This document shows positions 60,217-64,000 of a DNA stretch of 64,000 nt, one piece after another (positions within the stretch are counted from its first letter, which is position 1; every line of letters starts with the position of its first letter). The notes under the pieces are model-generated. The model did not search any database, was not told the DNA's origin, and saw nothing but the letters and a program-made list of their open reading frames with translations. The position numbers were made by a program, and so were the translations under genes. This DNA comes from Rhodothermales bacterium (GTDB taxonomy: Bacteria; Bacteroidota; Rhodothermia; Rhodothermales; Bin80). The DNA lies in NCBI GenBank assembly GCA_963665975.1, contig OY762508.1:715067-779066 (forward strand), written 5' to 3'.

Positions 60217-63200
60217 ATGACACAAATTACGTTAGACACAGATCAACTGAAAGATCTGTTTTCTGAGGACAATCCAATGCGGTTGCTGTTGGAGGAAGTT
60301 CTCAATACGGGTGCGTTAGGCTAACTGACGGCAGTACAGCGGGTGCAAGTCCCGCGTTACAAAGGTTTAACCAATCATGTATCTCCGCGAGCCGTGCATG
60401 GTCACTCATGAGGGTGGCGATGAAGCGTCGGCAGCGGTGTGCGTGGCCAGGGCTATTGAGCATCGAAAGAGACAATATCTGGGGTGCCGAGGTTCTCGGT
60501 ATGGCCAAAGGCAACACCTGTTACTCCGTGTTGGTGAGGAGGAACAGGGCCCCACGGTGTCAAAGAACCCAGGGACGCGCATACGTACTACGTCGGGACC
60601 TGAGAGATCTTCACACTGCCTTGCTGTCGTGCAAGGCCGCAAAGGGAAGGAGGCAACTCTAAAGCCGGAGACGCACAGTGTGAAGAAGTCAGATGGCGCC
60701 ATACGAGCTATGAACGCTGCGAACAAAGGGGAACTATCCCCGGCGGAGTGGCGGGAGCAAAGGGCGCCAGCCAAGGGGAAACCGGAATGTCCGCACACGC
60801 ACCAAGCGCAGGATTGGGCGCGCGTGTCACAGGGGATCGACCGGTTACGGCAATTCGTGAAACGGAAACCGAAGGAGCGTTTCACCACGCTACTGCACCA
60901 CATCAACGTGGACTCCCTTAAGGCCGCTTTCTACGCGCTTAAGCGCGATGCGGCAGCCGGGGTGGACGGCGTGACGTGGGAGGCGTATGCGGAAGGACTG
61001 GAAAGCCGTCTGGCAGACCTGTGCGACCGTGTACACAGCGGAGCATACCGGGCGACGCCGTCACGGCGAGTAGAGATACCCAAGCCGGATAGTGGTACAC
61101 GACCGCTCGGCATCGCGGCACTGGAAGACAAGATCGTCCAGAAGGCGATGGTGAAGTGCATCCTGACGCCTATTTACGAGGCGGAGTTTCACGGGTTCAG
61201 CTATGGGTTTCGGCCGGGGCGTGGCGCACATGATGCGTTAGACGCACTGGCCTATGTGATTGAGCATCGGAAGGTCAGCTTCATAGTGGACGCCGACATT
61301 CGCAAGTTCTTTGACATGGTGGATCAGGAGTGGTTACTCCGCTTTCTGAAGCATCGTATTGGAGACAAGCGCGTGATACGTCTAATCACCAAGTGGTTGA
61401 AAGCGGGCGTGATGGAGGGACATCAATGGCAGAAGAGTACGAGAGGCACACCACAGGGTGCCGTCATTTCTCCGATACTCGCCAATGTCTATCTCCATTA
61501 TGTGCTGGATCTCTGGTTTCAGGCGTGGCGCTCAACACAACAGGTGCAGGGAGAGGCATACATCATCCGCTATGCGGATGATTTCGTGGTGGGATTCCAG
61601 TACAAACGGGAGGCAAGACGCTTTCTGCGACAATTACGGGAGAGGCTCGAGAAGTTCGGGCTTAGCCTACACCCCGGCAAGACGCGCCTGTTGGAATTTG
61701 GGCGCTATGCCGAAAACAACCGCAGGAAACGGGGCTTGGGCCGCCCGGAGACGTTCGACTTTCTGGGTTTTACACATTATTGCCGTAAAGATCGGAAGGG
61801 ACGCTTCGGCCTTGGACGCAAGCCCATTGCCAAACGGATGGCCCGCTTCTTGAAGCGGGTGAAGGAAACGTTGATCCGACGCATGCATGAGGATGTGCAG
61901 GAAACGGGGCGCTGGCTGGGAAGGGTACTCAACGGATGGCTGAACTACTACGCCGTCCCGACGAGCTTTCCTTACCTGAAGCGCTGCTATCGACGCCTTA
62001 ACTGGATATGGTGCAGAGTGATGCGGCGGCGCTCACAAAAGGATCGAACCTCATGGGAGCGTCTAGCACGGTTGACCACGAAACACTGGCCTGCACTCGC
62101 CATCCGACACCCATGGCCGGACGCACGATTTACCGTCACGCACGCCGGTGCAACCCGAGGCAAGAGCCGGATGCGTTAGCGCGCACGTCCGGATCTGTGA
62201 GGGGGGCCCGGGGCAATCCGGGCCTCTACTCGATTGCTGGAAGCCGAGATGACCGAGCACCTGGGCGCTAAGCGCTACGAGCGCACAGAGAAGCGCCAGG
62301 CGTACCGCAATGGCACGCGTCAGCGGCGCTTGAGCACGCGTGTTGGAACGCTCACGTTGCGGGTGCCACAGTGCCGCGACGGATCGTTTTCGACAGAGTT
62401 GTTTAGCCGTTATCAGCGGTCCGAACAAGCGTTGGTGTTGTCCTTGATGGAGATGGTGCTTCAGGGTGTGTCTACGCGCAAGGTGACGAAGATCACTGAA
62501 GAGCTTTGTGGGACGAATTTTTCGAAGAGTACGGTCAGTCGGCTGTGTGGGGAGCTCGACGCCCGTGTGCACGCGTGGAAAGAGCGCGATCTGAGTCAGA
62601 CGCGATATCCGTTCGTACTTGTGGATGCCCTGGTGATCAAAGTGCGGCGTCAGGGGGCGGTGCGACCCACGAGCCTGCTGATTGCGATTGGGATCAATGA
62701 GACCGGCTACAGGGAGATCCTGGGGGTCGCATTGGGCGATCAGGAGTCCGAAGCGAGTTGGTCCGCTTTGTTTGGGAGTTTGAAAGAGCGGGGACTGAAG
62801 GAGGTGGACATGATTGTTTCCGATGCCAATACGGGACTGGTCAAGGCAGCCGAGCGCTATTTCCAGGGCGCGATGTGGCAACGATGCCAGGTGCATCTGA
62901 TGCGCAATGTGCTGGGCGCCACTCCCAAGGCGCATCGGGCCGAGATGATGGAGCAGACGCGTCGGCTCTTTCGAAGTGAAAGCAAGAAAGAAGCGCGAGA
63001 GATATTCCGCAGTATGGCAGCCTACTTCGAAGGCAAGGCGGACAAGGCGCTCGATATCCTGGAGGACGGTCTGGAGGAGGCGACGCAGGTGTTAGTCTTA
63101 CCCGCTCGGTACCGTCGCCGCTTACGTACCACGAACATGGTGGAGCGCTTGAACGAGGAGATTCGTCGTCGGGAGCGGGTCATACGGATCTTTCCGAACG

Positions 63201-63364
63201 AGGCTTCGGCGGTGCGTCTGGTGGGTGCGCTACTGGCGGAGTGGCACGAGAAGTGGATCAGTGGTCGGCGCTATTTCGACATGGAGGAGTACTGGGACTC
63301 GAAACAAGCTCCCGCCCTTGTTCCTTCGGGACTCGGTCGTGAGCCTGCCATCCGAGCCGCTTGA
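60217..63364 (+). CDS. IS256-family transposase, spliced join(60217..60310,62235..63364), 407 aa
   Basis: Exon 1 MTQITLD..EEVLNT-g joins exon 2 tg-LEAEMTEHLG; YRNG, GVSTRKV, VDA, VSD, QRCQVH..RN, RTTNMVERLNEEIRRR. Confidence 0.92.
60311..62234 (+). mobile_element. Group II intron (probably bacterial class E, endonuclease-minus)
   Basis: 5' GTGCG; domain V gAGCcggatgcgttagcgcgcacgtccggatc; domain VI and 3' ...ctactcgAT; EBS1-like ccgtgttg (60526-60533) pairs with exon end caatacgg. Confidence 0.93.
60824..62179 (+). CDS. ltrA: Group II intron reverse transcriptase/maturase
   Basis: AAGVDG, RPLGI, SYGFRPGRGAHDA, GTPQGAVISP, YADD, FDFLGF, GWLNYY; no HNH tail. Start placed at GTG 60824 rather than 60377. 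Confidence 0.93.
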   Translation: MSQGIDRLRQFVKRKPKERFTTLLHHINVDSLKAAFYALKRDAAAGVDGVTWEAYAEGLESRLADLCDRVHSGAYRATPSRRVEIPKPDSGTRPLGIAALEDKIVQKAMVKCILTPIYEAEFHGFSYGFRPGRGAHDALDALAYVIEHRKVSFIVDADIRKFFDMVDQEWLLRFLKHRIGDKRVIRLITKWLKAGVMEGHQWQKSTRGTPQGAVISPILANVYLHYVLDLWFQAWRSTQQVQGEAYIIRYADDFVVGFQYKREARRFLRQLRERLEKFGLSLHPGKTRLLEFGRYAENNRRKRGLGRPETFDFLGFTHYCRKDRKGRFGLGRKPIAKRMARFLKRVKETLIRRMHEDVQETGRWLGRVLNGWLNYYAVPTSFPYLKRCYRRLNWIWCRVMRRRSQKDRTSWERLARLTTKHWPALAIRHPWPDARFTVTHAGATRGKSRMR

Positions 63365-63828
63365 AGCCAACCCAACGGAAGACCAAGGGACGCTCAGACT
63401 TGACGGAGAAAGGGGTACGGGTTGCGATCCGGTCCCGCGCCCCTACCTGAGTACACATACAACTGCTTCGAACCCTGCCGATCAACCCGGGGATCGCAGC
63501 AAGGCGCATCGGAATCATCCGTGCCGCTGGCATTCCCATGCTCGCCATGCCGTTGGGGTTGCCACCATCGATGCGTACCAACCGTCTCGCTCACACCTAC
63601 GCCCGCCAGCTCATGCACAGGCTACGATAAGGGGAAGTCGGGCGCCAAGAAGGACGGAGACGGAACCCTGGAATGCGGTACATCGCACCAAAACCCGATC
63701 AAGCACAATCTTTTCGCTTACAGCGCTCTCCTGAAACCGCTACCACGTCCATTTTCCCACCAATACCTAGTTTTTTTCCCGCCAATGCCTAATTTGTGGA
63801 TGTCCAACCCCGCGTTTATAGACAACCA

Positions 63829-63946
63829 CTATTACGGCATGGAGGTGTACTGAAACTCGAAGCAAACGCAGGCTCCCTCCCTCGCCCCTTCGGGGCTCGA
63901 TCGGGAGCCTGCCGTCCGAGCCGCTTGAAGCCAAACCAACCGAAGG
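63829..63946 (+). repeat. Diverged second copy of the IS256 transposase 3' end (cf. 63271-63381)
   Basis: ctattacggcatggaggtgtactg...gagcctgccgtccgagccgcttgaagccaa matches ctatttcgacatggaggagtactg...gagcctgccatccgagccgcttgaagccaa. Confidence 0.88.
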
Positions 63947-64000
63947 CGAATTTACAGCATACTTGGGACTCAACTAACTCCTGCCACACCGAAATTGTCG

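Larger units (their letters stand above)
60100..63974 (+). mobile_element. IS256-family element (intron-interrupted; right end supplied by a second remnant)
   Basis: Imperfect terminal IRs attatgtcccgtttttgctgtaaa (60100-60123) and tttacagcatacttgggactcaac (63951-63974), 17/24 matches; no target-site duplication seen. Confidence 0.75.

Noticed and set aside
60377-60823. N-terminal 149 aa of the 600-aa RT ORF
   Set aside because: It overlaps the structured intron RNA including EBS1; recognisable IEP sequence starts near 60824.
60377-62179. RT as a retron, DGR or CRISPR-associated RT partnering the PtuAB-like genes
   Set aside because: It has group II intron boundaries, domains V/VI and a maturase region, and lies over 10 kb away. 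No template/variable repeat pair or msr-msd was seen.
60080-63990. Target-site duplication around the IS256 element
   Set aside because: The flanks (..gatatcttcgg / taactcctgcc..) do not match, consistent with ends from two different copies.
1-64000. CRISPR array, tRNA, rRNA or tmRNA
   Set aside because: No regularly spaced repeats or RNA gene signatures were found by eye in the intergenic regions.

Overview
GC-rich bacterial chromosome segment. SusC/SusD, a T9SS C-terminal sorting domain, a GWxTD protein, an MqnA-like protein and an extended S16 suggest Rhodothermota/Bacteroidota (inference). The backbone is housekeeping genes (iscA, clpC, tyrA, gcvT, ftsK, purE, tyrS, smpB, rplS-trmD-rimM-rpsP-ffh, polA, rfbB, xseA/xseB, lepB, lepA), interrupted by four accessory patches. 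(1) About 6.3-10.7 kb: a soluble kinase-regulator fusion facing a decayed TonB-dependent receptor. (2) 26.6-34.6 kb: an integrase-free island between 515-bp direct repeats of the polA/M16-peptidase junction, carrying an IS110 remnant, a 1674-aa T9SS beta-propeller protein and a BrnTA pair with a nonsense-mutated toxin. (3) 45.9-49.7 kb: a lower-GC four-gene operon in which a Septu/PtuAB-like ATPase and HNH nuclease are tightly coupled to an S-adenosylmethionine decarboxylase-like gene and a DUF3326-like gene; this is the best candidate for an undescribed system. (4) 58-64 kb: an IS1595 remnant, an orphan lipoprotein, and an IS256 transposase split by a group II intron whose splicing restores the ORF. 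No rRNA, tRNA or CRISPR array was seen. All family calls come from motif recognition by eye, not database searches.
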